From positions 128,001-192,000 of the forward strand of contig CBDESU010000002.1 in the NCBI GenBank assembly GCA_965242695.1: a DNA stretch of 64,000 bases, in the 5' to 3' direction. Shown one piece after another: positions 39,201-49,137 of the stretch. Numbering within the stretch: position 1 is the first letter of the stretch; the number at the start of each line of letters is the position of its first letter. The translations under genes and the position numbers were made by a program. The notes beneath the pieces were generated by a model. The model had not been told where the DNA came from. It ran no database searches and saw nothing but the letters and a program-made list of their open reading frames with translations. The stretch is from Cenarchaeum sp. (GTDB taxonomy: Archaea; Thermoproteota; Nitrososphaeria; Nitrososphaerales; Nitrosopumilaceae).

Positions 39201-39314
39201 CGATGCCGATGCCGATGCCGATGCCGATGCCGATGCCGATGCCGATGCCGATGCCGATGCCGATGCCGATGCCGATGCCGATGCCGATGCCGATGCCGAT
39301 GCCGATGCCGATGC
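39201..39314. repeat. Perfect hexanucleotide microsatellite (CGATGC)19
   Basis: Direct count, intergenic. Confidence 0.97.
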
Positions 39315-39718
39315 GGCGGGTCGCGCGGGCAGGGCAAAACGGGCCGTGCGGGCACGAGAAGGGGCGGCGGCCGGGCTGTCCCGGCCCCATGCCTGGCGCA
39401 GTGCGCCGGATGGGGAAGGGGCGCGCCGCGGCAGATGCCACGTCACGGACGCGCTTTGAAGCATGCCGGGCCGGGTAGGCCGAAGGCCGCCCGCGGGGCA
39501 GCAGGGAGGGCGCCGGCGGAGGAGGGGCGCGGCCGCGGGAGGGGAGGCCGCAGGGAGGGCGCCGGCGGAGGAGGGGCGCGGCCGCAGGCCGGCGCTGCGC
39601 CGCGGACGGGCCGTGCAGCAGGTCTGGGAGGGTGCCGGCGGAGGAAGTTGAACGCGGACATGAGGGGCGCGCCAGACGCCAGACGGGCTCCCGGGAGATC
39701 ACCCCTGCCGGGCTCCGC

Positions 39719-39895
39719 CGCAGCAGCCGGGAGGGGAGGCGGCCGCGCCCCCGCCCGTCCGCGTGTAATACAGCCTGCGGAGCCCCCCGCAGCGGCCGGG
39801 AGGGGAGGCGGCCGCGCCCCCGCCCGTCCGCGTGTAATACAGCCTGCGGAGCCCCCCGCAGCGGCCGGGAGGGGAGGCGGCCGCGCCCCCGCCCG
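39719..39895. repeat. 69-bp tandem repeat (about 2.5 copies) upstream of the RPA gene
   Basis: CCGGGAGGGGAGGCGGCCGCGCCCCCGCCCG at 39727, 39796 and 39865. Confidence 0.9.
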
Positions 39896-39956
39896 CACGC
39901 TAGGGCTCGGATCGCCGCCATGAATCCTTATAATGCCGCCCAATTGGGTAGGGCCG

Positions 39957-41363
39957 TTGTCAGAATCCGAGTTCGAGCAGCTGATGGGCAAGCTCCTCAA
40001 GGAGAGGCCCGAGCTCAACCGCAGCGAGATCGAGCAGGGAATCAAGGACAAGAAGCAAAAGATCGGCGCCGGCTACCTGACCGACCAGGGCGCGCTGTTC
40101 CTGATAGCGTCCGACCTGAACATCTCGCTTGCCGACCCGCTCAAGTCCGAGGTGGGCCTCAAGGACATCCTGCCCGGCGCCAAGGAGGTCACCGTCACGG
40201 CAAAGGTCATGAGCATGTCGGCGGCCAAGCAGTTTCCCCGCAAGGACGGGACGATGTTCTTCCTGCGCACGATGGTCGTGTACGACTCGGACACGGCGAG
40301 GACCGTCAAGATGTGGGACGAAAAGGCCAACCTGCCCGGGGTGGGCGACCTCAAGCCCGGCGACCTCGTGCGGCTCGTGAGGGTGTACGTCAAGGCGGAC
40401 CTCGACGGGTCGCCGACGATCAACGTCGGGTCCGGCTCGGAGGTCGAGATGCCCGACGAGAAGAGCGACATACCGCCGGTCGAGAGCATGACGGTCGACG
40501 TCGGCACGCTATCCGAGGAAAAGATCAACATTGCCGTCTCGGGGCTCGTGGACGGGAGCATCAGCACGATGCAGTACACGAGCCAGCGCGGCAGGGCCGG
40601 CAAGGCCCTCCGCATGCAGCTCAAGGGCGAGGATGGAAGTGCCGTCAGGGTCGTCGTGTGGGGAAAGGACGAAAAGGACCTGCCGGCCGTAATAGTGAAC
40701 GGGTCAAAGGCAAGGCTCTACGGCGTGAAGTCGAAGCAGGCCAACCAGGGGATCGAGGTGCACGGCAGCGAGGCGACGACGATAGTGGTGGACGGGGCCA
40801 AGGAGGCGACCGCCGTAAAGCTGCGGATACTTTCGTCGGCCAGGTCAGACCCCGGGCCGAGCATGGTCTTCGGCGTCGACGCCGACCGCAACACGCTGCG
40901 CGTGCTCGACACGGCCGGCATTACGAACGGGTACGGCCCGGGCGACACGATAGAGTGCATGCCGATCAAGGCGCACGGCAACGTGATCACGCTAGACGGC
41001 GAAAACTCGTACGCGATAAAGACCGAGGGCGAGTTCCCCTCGCTCGACGACGTGATCACAAAGGTGGGCAGCATCAAGGCCGGCGACGAGGGGCGCTGCA
41101 TCAAGGTCATCGTCCTGAACATATCGGACAAGCGCGATATACAGACAAAGAGCGGCGAGCAGGTGGCCCTCGGCGAGATGCTCGTCGAGGACCAGACCGG
41201 CCAGATTACGGTAAAGGGGTGGAGGAACCAGGCGCGGCTCGTCGACACCTGCGCCCTCGGCGAGATCATACAGATTACGGACCTCAACGCCAGGGCCGGC
41301 CTCGAGGGGCGCACCGACCTCGTCCTCGGCGCGTACTCTGTAATCACAAAGGCCGACTCGTAG
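39957..41363 (+). CDS. Replication protein A / multi-OB-fold ssDNA-binding protein
   Basis: GYLTDQGALFLIA N-domain, several OB folds (VKMWDEKA, VVVWG, EDQTGQITVKGW); TTATAA at ~39928. Confidence 0.85.
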   Translation: MSESEFEQLMGKLLKERPELNRSEIEQGIKDKKQKIGAGYLTDQGALFLIASDLNISLADPLKSEVGLKDILPGAKEVTVTAKVMSMSAAKQFPRKDGTMFFLRTMVVYDSDTARTVKMWDEKANLPGVGDLKPGDLVRLVRVYVKADLDGSPTINVGSGSEVEMPDEKSDIPPVESMTVDVGTLSEEKINIAVSGLVDGSISTMQYTSQRGRAGKALRMQLKGEDGSAVRVVVWGKDEKDLPAVIVNGSKARLYGVKSKQANQGIEVHGSEATTIVVDGAKEATAVKLRILSSARSDPGPSMVFGVDADRNTLRVLDTAGITNGYGPGDTIECMPIKAHGNVITLDGENSYAIKTEGEFPSLDDVITKVGSIKAGDEGRCIKVIVLNISDKRDIQTKSGEQVALGEMLVEDQTGQITVKGWRNQARLVDTCALGEIIQITDLNARAGLEGRTDLVLGAYSVITKADS

Positions 41364-41376
41364 CCCCTCGCGGCCG

Positions 41377-44331
41377 CTACGAGTCCCAGAACCCGCGCGT
41401 GAGCACGTACCGCCGCTCGGCCTCGTATATCTGCCGGTACAGCCCGTCGCCGTCGTCCGCCATGTCGCGCAGTATGCGGGCGGCCGTGTCGGCCCCGATG
41501 CCGTACCCCGACAGCACGACCACGGCGGTGCGCCCGAACCCCTCGATCAGCGACGACGTCTTCCACGCCCGCGCCAGGCGGCGGCGCTCGTCGGCCGACA
41601 GGCGGCCGCCCCTGTGCCGCTTGCGGACAAGCCCCGGCAGGTCCAGGTCGGCCGGAAACGTCACGGCGATCTGCCTGCCGCGGCAGTGCGGGCATGCGAG
41701 GCGCTCGGGCACCTCGCTCGTCTTGCAGGCGAGCTGCCACCTGCCGCACCTTGCGCAGACGAGGCGGTGGCCGGTCCCGGCCAGCCGCTTCTTGATCATG
41801 TCCATGACCCCCTTGTCGATGCCGGCCGGCGAGGCGTGGTACCCCGAGGTGTGGTCGAGGATCGGCGCGGCCAGCCTCGAGAAGCGCCCCTCGACGTCGG
41901 CCCACTCGAGGATGGTCCGGCCGGCGCGGACGGAGTCGAGCACGCGGCCGGCGCCCTCCAGGTCGTACTTGTCGTGGAACAGCTCGCGGAGCGCCTCGGC
42001 GACTATGGGCGTGCCCGCGTACCGCTCGTGCAGGAACCGCGCAGCGCGCTGCTCGTAGACGGCCTGCCTGCCTACGATTCCAAACCTCTTGCACACGCAC
42101 CACACGCGCCAGTTGACGTTGTGCGTGCCGGCCAGCGAGGCCGAGACCGCATCGGCAAGGTCGTACGTGTCGGAGAGGACGGCGAGCAGGCGGCCGCGCG
42201 TCATCCTCGCCTGCGATACGAGCGCGATGCGGTACGCGTCAGAGCGCGCCTCGACCGCCTGGCCCAGCGTGGCCGACAGCATCGACGAGAGGAGGGCCGC
42301 GAGCGTGGAGTTGATCCTCGTGCCGAGGCAGGCGTGGAGGACGACGGCGCCGTCGGCGCGCGACGACTCTGCAAGTATCGCATCGGGGGGAGGGGATGGC
42401 CCCCCGCCGCCCGGCTCGGGGGCGGCATCCGCGGCGGGAGGGGGATCCGAGGGGAGGGGGGCGCCGGCATCGGCGGGGGAGGGGTCGGGCGCCGGCAGGG
42501 CCACTGCGCCGCCCGATGCCATCTCGATCTCGCCGGCCCTCGCGCGCCGCCGGAGCCGGGCGACGCGGCGGGCCGTCTCGTAGTCTACCGGGATGCTCTC
42601 GCCCTCCCAGTAGGGCACGGTCACGCCGCCGGCGCGGAAGGGCTCCACGTTGACCGCAAGCGACTTTTCGTCCACGTTGACGATGCGCCAGTGCGAGCCC
42701 CTCAGGACAAAGACGCTCCCCTGCTCGCCGTGCTCGCCGACGAACCGCTGGTCCAGCGTCCCGATGAACCTGCGCCCCGCCGTGTCTATGACGCGGAACC
42801 GAAGTATGTCGGGTATGGTCGACAGGTTCTCGTAGTAGTACCGCAGCGACCGCGGCGCCGCCGAGAACGAGCCGGCCGCAGGGTCGAGGCGCACCAGCGA
42901 GGAGCGTGCGAGCAGGCCGAGCACTGCGAGCAGCTCGTCCCGGGTCGTCGAGCGGAACGGAAAGGCCGCGCGGGCCAGGCGCAGCGCCTCGTCGACGCCG
43001 ACGGCGCGGCCGAGCTGCAGCGCAAGCCCGACCATGTGGTGCGCCAGGACGTCCAGGACCCCGTCGTGGACGCGCTGCTCCTCGATCGAGCCGGCCGCGA
43101 CCCTGCCCATTATCGCCCTCGCCTCGTACTCGTCGTCGGCGCTGTTCGTAATGACCAGGCCGCGCGCCGACAGGCGGCGGGCGTGCCGGCTGCGTCCTAT
43201 GCGCTGCACCAGCTTTGAGACCTGCCGCGGCGAGCCGTAGTGCACGACGAGCTCGACCGAGCCGATGTCGAGCCCGAGCTCGAGCGAGGACGTGCAGACG
43301 ACGATGCCGCGCCGGCCCGCCTTGAGCGACTCCTCGGTCTCCTCGCGCACGCCGCGCGAGAGCGAGCCGTGGTGCATCTCTATGGGCAGGCCTGACCGGT
43401 CCCGGAGGGCCGACGCCATGAACTCGGCCTCGCCCCTGCTGTTGGCAAACAGTAGGACGGGCGAGTCCAGGCGCATCGCCTCGACGCGCGATGCGATCTC
43501 CGAGGCCACGTCCGCGGCCGACCCCTGCACGTACCTGATCTCGACGTCGTACCTGCGCACCGACCGGTCGCGGACCACGCGGCACTTCCTGCGCGCGCCG
43601 GCGACGAACTTTGCCGCGTCCACCGTGTTGCCGACCGTCGCCGACAGCCCGATGCGCGCGATGTCGCGGCCGGACGCGAGGGCGAGCCGCTCGAGGCTCA
43701 CGGACAGCTGCGCGCCGCGCTCGCTTGCGAGCAGCTCGTGGACCTCGTCGATGACGACCCACTCCAGGGCCGCAAAGGCTGCTAGCATGCGCTCCTGCAC
43801 GAGCATGACGACGAGCGACTCGGGCGTTGTAATCAGCACGTCGGGCGGCCGCTCCGCTATGCGGCGGCGGAGCCGCTGCGGGGTGTCGCCGTGCCTCACC
43901 TCGACGGAAAGGCCGGCGGCGGCGGCGTACGCCGTGACGCGGCGCAGCACGTCGCGGTTCAGGGCCCGAAGCGGCGTGACGTACAGGGCGCCGACGGTTC
44001 GGGCCGCGCCGGCGGATCGGGCGCGGCCGGCGCGCGCCCTTCCCAGGCGCTCAAAGATGGGCACCACGGCGCACTCGGTCTTGCCCGAGCCCGTCGGGGC
44101 CACGACGAGAACGTCCCGCTTCTGGTGTATGGCCGGCGAGGCGCGGCGCTGTATCTCGGTCAGCTCGGAAAAGCCGAGCGACGCAAAGGCGGCCGCCAGG
44201 CGGCCGTCAGGCGCGCGCCCTTTTCCTGCCGCGCCTGCCGCTCCCCTTGCCACCGGGGCCACCGTCCCTGCCGCCCCTGCCGGCTTCCTGGTCCGCCTCG
44301 CGGCCGGCCGAGCCCGGGGCGGCGCCCGCAT
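41377..44331 (-). CDS. Lhr-family DEAD/DEAH helicase
   Basis: APTGSGKT, TPLRALNRD, DEVH, LSAT, HHGSLS, TSSLELGLD, QRIGRS, C-term Zn motif and GYGIG. Confidence 0.93.
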   Translation of the reverse strand: MRAPPRARPAARRTRKPAGAAGTVAPVARGAAGAAGKGRAPDGRLAAAFASLGFSELTEIQRRASPAIHQKRDVLVVAPTGSGKTECAVVPIFERLGRARAGRARSAGAARTVGALYVTPLRALNRDVLRRVTAYAAAAGLSVEVRHGDTPQRLRRRIAERPPDVLITTPESLVVMLVQERMLAAFAALEWVVIDEVHELLASERGAQLSVSLERLALASGRDIARIGLSATVGNTVDAAKFVAGARRKCRVVRDRSVRRYDVEIRYVQGSAADVASEIASRVEAMRLDSPVLLFANSRGEAEFMASALRDRSGLPIEMHHGSLSRGVREETEESLKAGRRGIVVCTSSLELGLDIGSVELVVHYGSPRQVSKLVQRIGRSRHARRLSARGLVITNSADDEYEARAIMGRVAAGSIEEQRVHDGVLDVLAHHMVGLALQLGRAVGVDEALRLARAAFPFRSTTRDELLAVLGLLARSSLVRLDPAAGSFSAAPRSLRYYYENLSTIPDILRFRVIDTAGRRFIGTLDQRFVGEHGEQGSVFVLRGSHWRIVNVDEKSLAVNVEPFRAGGVTVPYWEGESIPVDYETARRVARLRRRARAGEIEMASGGAVALPAPDPSPADAGAPLPSDPPPAADAAPEPGGGGPSPPPDAILAESSRADGAVVLHACLGTRINSTLAALLSSMLSATLGQAVEARSDAYRIALVSQARMTRGRLLAVLSDTYDLADAVSASLAGTHNVNWRVWCVCKRFGIVGRQAVYEQRAARFLHERYAGTPIVAEALRELFHDKYDLEGAGRVLDSVRAGRTILEWADVEGRFSRLAAPILDHTSGYHASPAGIDKGVMDMIKKRLAGTGHRLVCARCGRWQLACKTSEVPERLACPHCRGRQIAVTFPADLDLPGLVRKRHRGGRLSADERRRLARAWKTSSLIEGFGRTAVVVLSGYGIGADTAARILRDMADDGDGLYRQIYEAERRYVLTRGFWDS

Positions 44332-44470
44332 CGTCGGCCTCGGCGGCGGCAGGCCCCTCTTCCTGCTGGGCCGCGCGGGCCCTTGACCGCTCGTACACCA
44401 TTATGCCGACGAGCCCCACCGCAAAGAGCGTCACCGCTATAGCCGGTATGGAGTCGAATATGCCAGCCAC
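44207..44470 (-). CDS. Small single-TM membrane protein
   Basis: IPAIAVTLFAVGLVGIMVY TM helix; TATTTAA upstream; 3' part overlaps the Lhr start. Confidence 0.45.
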   Translation of the reverse strand: MAGIFDSIPAIAVTLFAVGLVGIMVYERSRARAAQQEEGPAAAEADDAGAAPGSAGREADQEAGRGGRDGGPGGKGSGRRGRKRARA

Positions 44471-44505
44471 GTTGCGCGGCCCGCGCCGGCCGTTAAATAG
44501 ATTGG

Positions 44506-45378
44506 TCACGGCGGGGATGGGGGCCGGGCGGATGTCGCGGCATGCGGCAGGCGGGCCGCGGGCCCCGCGCCGCCCGGCGGCCCCGCCCCAGGCTCCCGGC
44601 CGCCCCCCTCGCAGAGGACGGGCGGCAGGGAGGGATCCCGCTCCTCCAGCCCCGTGTCCGTGATCCGAAAGGCGAACCGCGACAGGGCTCCGAGGGTTGC
44701 AAGCGAGCCCGACGTCCAGCCCGAGTCGGGGCCCGCGCCCGGATCGAGCCGCATCCGCGCGTGCGCGAGCAGCGAGACGGCGGCGCCGAGGCTCTCGACC
44801 CACCTTTCTGTGCCGTCGCCCGCCGAGCGCACCGAGTTGGTCGCCAGCACTGCCGCCCCCTCCCTTGACGCCGCGGCAGACAGGCCCCTTGCATACGCGG
44901 AAAACTGCCGGTGCCGGGCGGCGCCTCGGCGGCGGGCGGGCGGGCGCCTCTGCTCGCGCAGGTCGAACTCGAACGTAAAAAGATCGGTGAGGCCGTCGAC
45001 TATGGCCAGGTCGAAGCCTGCCATGCGGTCGACGGCCTGCATCTGCTCTGCCGTGCCCGCGACGCGGAATACGGCTATCCGATCCAGCAGCCTGCCCGGC
45101 CCGGCGGCCCCGGCTGCTCCCAGCCCCCTGGCCATCTCGAGCACCCGCTCGGGCCGGAACTCGCCCTTTGCGTCCACGAACAGCACGCGCCGTCCGGCCG
45201 ACGCGGCGCTAGCGCATGCCCTGTACGCCAGCTGCGTCTTGCCCGACGCGGGCGGGCCGTACACGTCTGCCACGATGCCGCGCCGGAGGCCGCCGCCGAG
45301 CGGGCCGTCGATCCCCCCAATGCCGAACTGCGCGACCGCCTCTTCGCCGCCGCTGCCCGCTTCCACGTGCACGGCCAT
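44506..45378 (-). CDS. RadB/RecA-superfamily ATPase
   Basis: GIDGPLGGGL, YGPPASGKTQ, FVDAKGEFRPER, IVDGL. Confidence 0.8.
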   Translation of the reverse strand: MAVHVEAGSGGEEAVAQFGIGGIDGPLGGGLRRGIVADVYGPPASGKTQLAYRACASAASAGRRVLFVDAKGEFRPERVLEMARGLGAAGAAGPGRLLDRIAVFRVAGTAEQMQAVDRMAGFDLAIVDGLTDLFTFEFDLREQRRPPARRRGAARHRQFSAYARGLSAAASREGAAVLATNSVRSAGDGTERWVESLGAAVSLLAHARMRLDPGAGPDSGWTSGSLATLGALSRFAFRITDTGLEERDPSLPPVLCEGGGREPGAGPPGGAGPAARLPHAATSARPPSPP

Positions 45379-45436
45379 GCGCGGCGCCTTATCGCCGTTG
45401 CGGGTTGCGCTACGGGCAGGACGGCAGGCAGGCGCG

Positions 45437-45609
45437 GCAGAGGCCGTGCGGCTGGCAGCTGGAACCCGCCCGGCCGATGCCCCGGTGCTCGCAGGCGGCA
45501 CGGGCGCGGCAGAGGCCGTGCGGCTGGCAGCTGGAACCTGCTCAAGGCACAGCCACGCGCAGAACGGGCACCGGGTGCAGCAGAGGCCGTACGGCTGGCA
45601 GCTGGAACC
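45437..45609. repeat. Three 30-bp direct repeats separated by 41-42-bp spacers
   Basis: GCAGAGGCCGT(G/A)CGGCTGGCAGCTGGAACC at 45437, 45509 and 45580. Confidence 0.8.
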
Positions 45610-45894
45610 TGCCCGGCCGATGCATGCCAAGCCGGAGTGCGGCATGATGCTTGGGGGACACGCCCTCCGGTAGCAGGAGCCTGCCCGGCCGATGCATGCC
45701 AAGGAGGCTGGTGCGGGGCGGCCCGCATCCATCATGGCTCCCTAGAACGGCGATCGGACAGTCACGCCTCGCACCGCAGGGGCCGCCCGCATCGGATCCT
45801 GGCAAGCCCGGCGGAGGTGGCGAGGCACGCATGCAGCCACCGCGCGGCGGGGCGCCTGTCTGCGCCCGCACCCGCGCGCATGCGGGGCGTTCGG

Positions 45895-46272
45895 GCAGGT
45901 AGCCGCCCCTAGCCGGCAGGGGCAGGGGCCGCGGAACGGCGCAGGTAGCCGCGAGCGGCATGGACTCGGGCAAGGGCGGCATCGGGCTCAGGGGCAGGGG
46001 CCGCGGAACGGCGCAGGTAGCCGCCCCTAGCCGGCAGGGGCAGGGGCAGGGGCCGCGGAACGGCGCAGGTAGCCGCCCCTAGCCGGCAGGGGCAGGGGCA
46101 GGGGCCGCGGAACGGCGCAGGTAGCCGCCCCTAGCCGGCAGGGGCAGGGGCAGGGGCCGCGGAACGGCGCAGGTAGCCGCCCCTAGCCGGCAGGGGCAGG
46201 GGCAGGGGCCGCGGAACGGCGCAGGTAGCCGCCCCTAGCCGGCAGGGGCAGGGGCCGCGGAACGGCGCAGGC
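45895..46272. repeat. G-rich 46/52-bp intergenic tandem repeat
   Basis: CAGGTAGCCGCCCCTAGCCGGCAGGGGCAGGGGCAGGGGCCGCGGAACGGCG, about 6 copies. Confidence 0.93.
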
Positions 46273-46307
46273 AAGCCTTTTAAAGCGGGCGGCTCGGCGC
46301 CGGCCGG

Positions 46308-46559
46308 GTGAACGACGAGACTAGATCGCGCGCCGAGAGGCCGCTGACGACCCTGCAGCGAAGCACCGACAAGAGGGTGACGGTGTGCCTCAAGAACGAG
46401 GTCGAGTACAGGGGCAGGATCGCCAGCGTCGACTCGTACATGAACCTGATCATGGCGGACGCCGAAGAGATCGTAGAGGGAAAGACGGTCGCCAGCTACG
46501 GCAGGGCCATACTGCGCGGCAACAACGTGCTGTTCATACGGCTCGAGAACGAGCTGTGA
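46308..46559 (+). CDS. Sm-like (Lsm) protein
   Basis: [31 protein letters not shown]; TTTTAAA promoter. Confidence 0.93.
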   Translation: MNDETRSRAERPLTTLQRSTDKRVTVCLKNEVEYRGRIASVDSYMNLIMADAEEIVEGKTVASYGRAILRGNNVLFIRLENEL

Positions 46560-46587
46560 GCGGGGGCAACGACGGCGGCGGTACGCG

Positions 46588-47751
46588 ATGCCACGCACAT
46601 ACCTGTTTACGTCAGAGTCGGTAACCGAGGGGCACCCCGACAAGCTGTGCGACCTCGTGTCCGACTCGCTCCTTGACGAGTACATCAGGCGGGATCCCGA
46701 CTCGCGCGTCGCGATCGAGTCGATGGCCACCACGGGCCACATCATGGTCGCCGGCGAGGTCTCGTCAAAGGCCGAGTTTGGCAGGAGCGCGCAGGAAGAG
46801 ACGGTCCGCGCCGCCATACGGAAGGTCGGGTACGACGACCCCGCCCTCATGTTCGACGCCGGCTCGTGCACGGCCGACCTGCGCATACACGCGCAGAGCC
46901 CCGACATCAGCCGCGGCGTCGCGCCGGCGGGCCCCGACGACAAGCAGGGGGCAGGCGACCAGGGCCTCATGTTCGGCTACGCCTGCGACGAGACGGAGCA
47001 GATGATGCCGCTGCCGATACAGCTCGCCCATGCGCTGACGAGGAGGCTCGCCGACGAGCGCAAGTCCGGCGGCCTGCCGTGGGCCAGGCCGGACGGCAAG
47101 GCGCAGGCGTCGGTCCTGTACAGGGACGGCAGGCCCGAATCGGTCAAGACCGTCGTCGTCTCGACGCAGCACGCCCCGGATGCGTCAAACGAGCGGATAC
47201 GCAGGGACGTAATCGACCGGGTCGTCAGGCCCGCGTGCGGCGACCTGTGGAGCGACGAGATTGCCATACACGTCAACCCGACGGGCCGCTTCGAGATCGG
47301 CGGGCCGCACGGCGACACGGGGCTGACCGGCCGCAAGATCATCGTCGACACGTACGGGGGGTTTGGGCGGCACGGCGGCGGGGCGTTCTCGGGAAAGGAC
47401 CCCTCAAAGGTCGACCGCTCGGCGTGCTACATGTGCAGGTACGTCGCCAAGAATATCGTCGCCGCCGGCCTGGCGCGCCGCTGCGAGGTGCAGGTAGCGT
47501 ACGCCATCGGCGTGCCCAAGCCGGTCTCGCTCATGGTCGACGCGTTCGGCACCGGGGCCGTCCCCGAGGAGCGCATCGAGGAGATCGTGCGCGGGCAGTT
47601 CGACATGACCCCGTCGGGGATAATAGCGCAGCTCGACCTCAAGAGGCCCGTGTACGCCGAGACGGCCGCGTACGGGCACTTTGGCCGCGAGGGCTTTTCG
47701 TGGGAGCGGACCGACCGCGCCGCATCCCTCCGTGAGGCGGCCGGCCCCTAG
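46588..47751 (+). CDS. metK: S-adenosylmethionine synthetase (bacterial/eukaryotic type)
   Basis: [42 protein letters not shown]. Confidence 0.97.
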   Translation: MPRTYLFTSESVTEGHPDKLCDLVSDSLLDEYIRRDPDSRVAIESMATTGHIMVAGEVSSKAEFGRSAQEETVRAAIRKVGYDDPALMFDAGSCTADLRIHAQSPDISRGVAPAGPDDKQGAGDQGLMFGYACDETEQMMPLPIQLAHALTRRLADERKSGGLPWARPDGKAQASVLYRDGRPESVKTVVVSTQHAPDASNERIRRDVIDRVVRPACGDLWSDEIAIHVNPTGRFEIGGPHGDTGLTGRKIIVDTYGGFGRHGGGAFSGKDPSKVDRSACYMCRYVAKNIVAAGLARRCEVQVAYAIGVPKPVSLMVDAFGTGAVPEERIEEIVRGQFDMTPSGIIAQLDLKRPVYAETAAYGHFGREGFSWERTDRAASLREAAGP

Positions 47752-48658
47752 CGGCGGCGCGCGGCCCCTCCAGCACGTCGCGGAACGGCGGCAGGCCCGA
47801 GAGGCGGCGCAGCCTCGCATGGTCGCCCGTAAAGCCGCCGACGAGAATATTCAGGTCGTCGGGGCCGTACGCGTACGACGGGTCGGTGACGGCGGCTCGG
47901 TACGCGTCGGCGAGCGGAACGGTCCGCAGCGCGGCGCCCGGAGGGGCGAGCCGGCCGGCCAGGCGCCGGTAGGACGCGATGCGGGGCCCGACAAGGTCCG
48001 CCGTGCGGCCGGCAAGCCGGCTGCCCGACAGGGCAGACAGGACGGCAGCACAGGCGTCGGCTATGTGGACGGGCTGCGTCGCGTGGGGGCCCGACCCCGG
48101 CACGAGGACGGCGCCGTGCCGGCGCGCCTGGCCCGCCAGGCCTCGCGAGAGGGGGTCGGACGGGCATCCGGCGCCCACGGTTCCGACTATGAACGACGGG
48201 CGCAGGACGGTGCATCTGGCAACCTGCGATGCCAGGGCCCGCTCGGCGGCGTACTTTGATGCAAAGTAGGGCGTTGTTGCCCGGGCCGACGCGCCAAGGC
48301 CGCTCAGGTACACGGCGTGCCCGACGCCGGCCTTGCGGCACGCGGCGGCAACGCGCCGCGCGATCCCCTCGTTCGACTCCGAGTACGGCGCGGCGCCGGC
48401 GGCTGCGGGGGCGAGCCGCCCGGCGCCGGCCAGGTGCACCAGTGCCGAGCATCCCTCGAGGGCGCCGGCAAGATCGCCCGTGTCGTAGCCGCCAGCCGCG
48501 AATGCAGTCTCGGAGGGCAGCATGGTACGAAGGGGGCGGCGCGAGACGCACAGGGCGCGGATGCCGGCGCGGCCGAGCACAGTTCGCAGGCTGCGCGCCA
48601 CGTAGCCGCTAGCGCCGGTGACGGCCACGGTGCCCATGTTTGGGCGGCTGCGGGCCAT
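47639..48658 (-). CDS. NAD-dependent epimerase/dehydratase (extended SDR)
   Basis: [27 protein letters not shown]; 3' end overlaps metK, possible late frameshift. Confidence 0.8.
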   Translation of the reverse strand: MARSRPNMGTVAVTGASGYVARSLRTVLGRAGIRALCVSRRPLRTMLPSETAFAAGGYDTGDLAGALEGCSALVHLAGAGRLAPAAAGAAPYSESNEGIARRVAAACRKAGVGHAVYLSGLGASARATTPYFASKYAAERALASQVARCTVLRPSFIVGTVGAGCPSDPLSRGLAGQARRHGAVLVPGSGPHATQPVHIADACAAVLSALSGSRLAGRTADLVGPRIASYRRLAGRLAPPGAALRTVPLADAYRAAVTDPSYAYGPDDLNILVGGFTGDHARLRRLSGLPPFRDVLEGPRAAARGRPPHGGMRRGRSAPTKSPRGQSARTRPSRRTRAS

Positions 48659-49137
48659 GGCGCCGCCGCGCAGGGGCGCCCTAAAGCGCTTGCGAGGCGG
48701 ATGGGACGGCGGATTTTGGCACGGTACAAATGAGGCCCACGACGGTGCCGTGGCATTGAAGCATGCGATACTGGCCCGCAAAAAATTTATCAAGGCGGGC
48801 TCGTTGCCGCATGCATTGAAATCCGGCCATTCCCACACGGGACGCGGCACTACAGTCCTGCGCCGGCGTGTGCCGGCATGCCGATCGCACCATACAGGGG
48901 CGCGCGTTCATGAGTATCCATGCCGCCATGCGGGACCAACACAGGCTGGGCTTGTCGCGCCGGGCATGCATAGACGTAGGTCTCGCATTGAAGCCAAGCT
49001 ACGGCGCCGCTTGCCACAACTTTGTACGGTTAGAGACGAGGATCGTTGCCAGCGCCTGCACTCCCACACCCATGAGCATGCGGCTACGGCACTAGAATCT
49101 ACTCTGAGCGCCAGTCAACGGGGAGGAAGATCATAGA

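Noticed and set aside
39136-39478. ORFs with DA/MP/SA/IG/RH dipeptide runs
   Set aside because: Translation artefacts of the (CGATGC)n microsatellite
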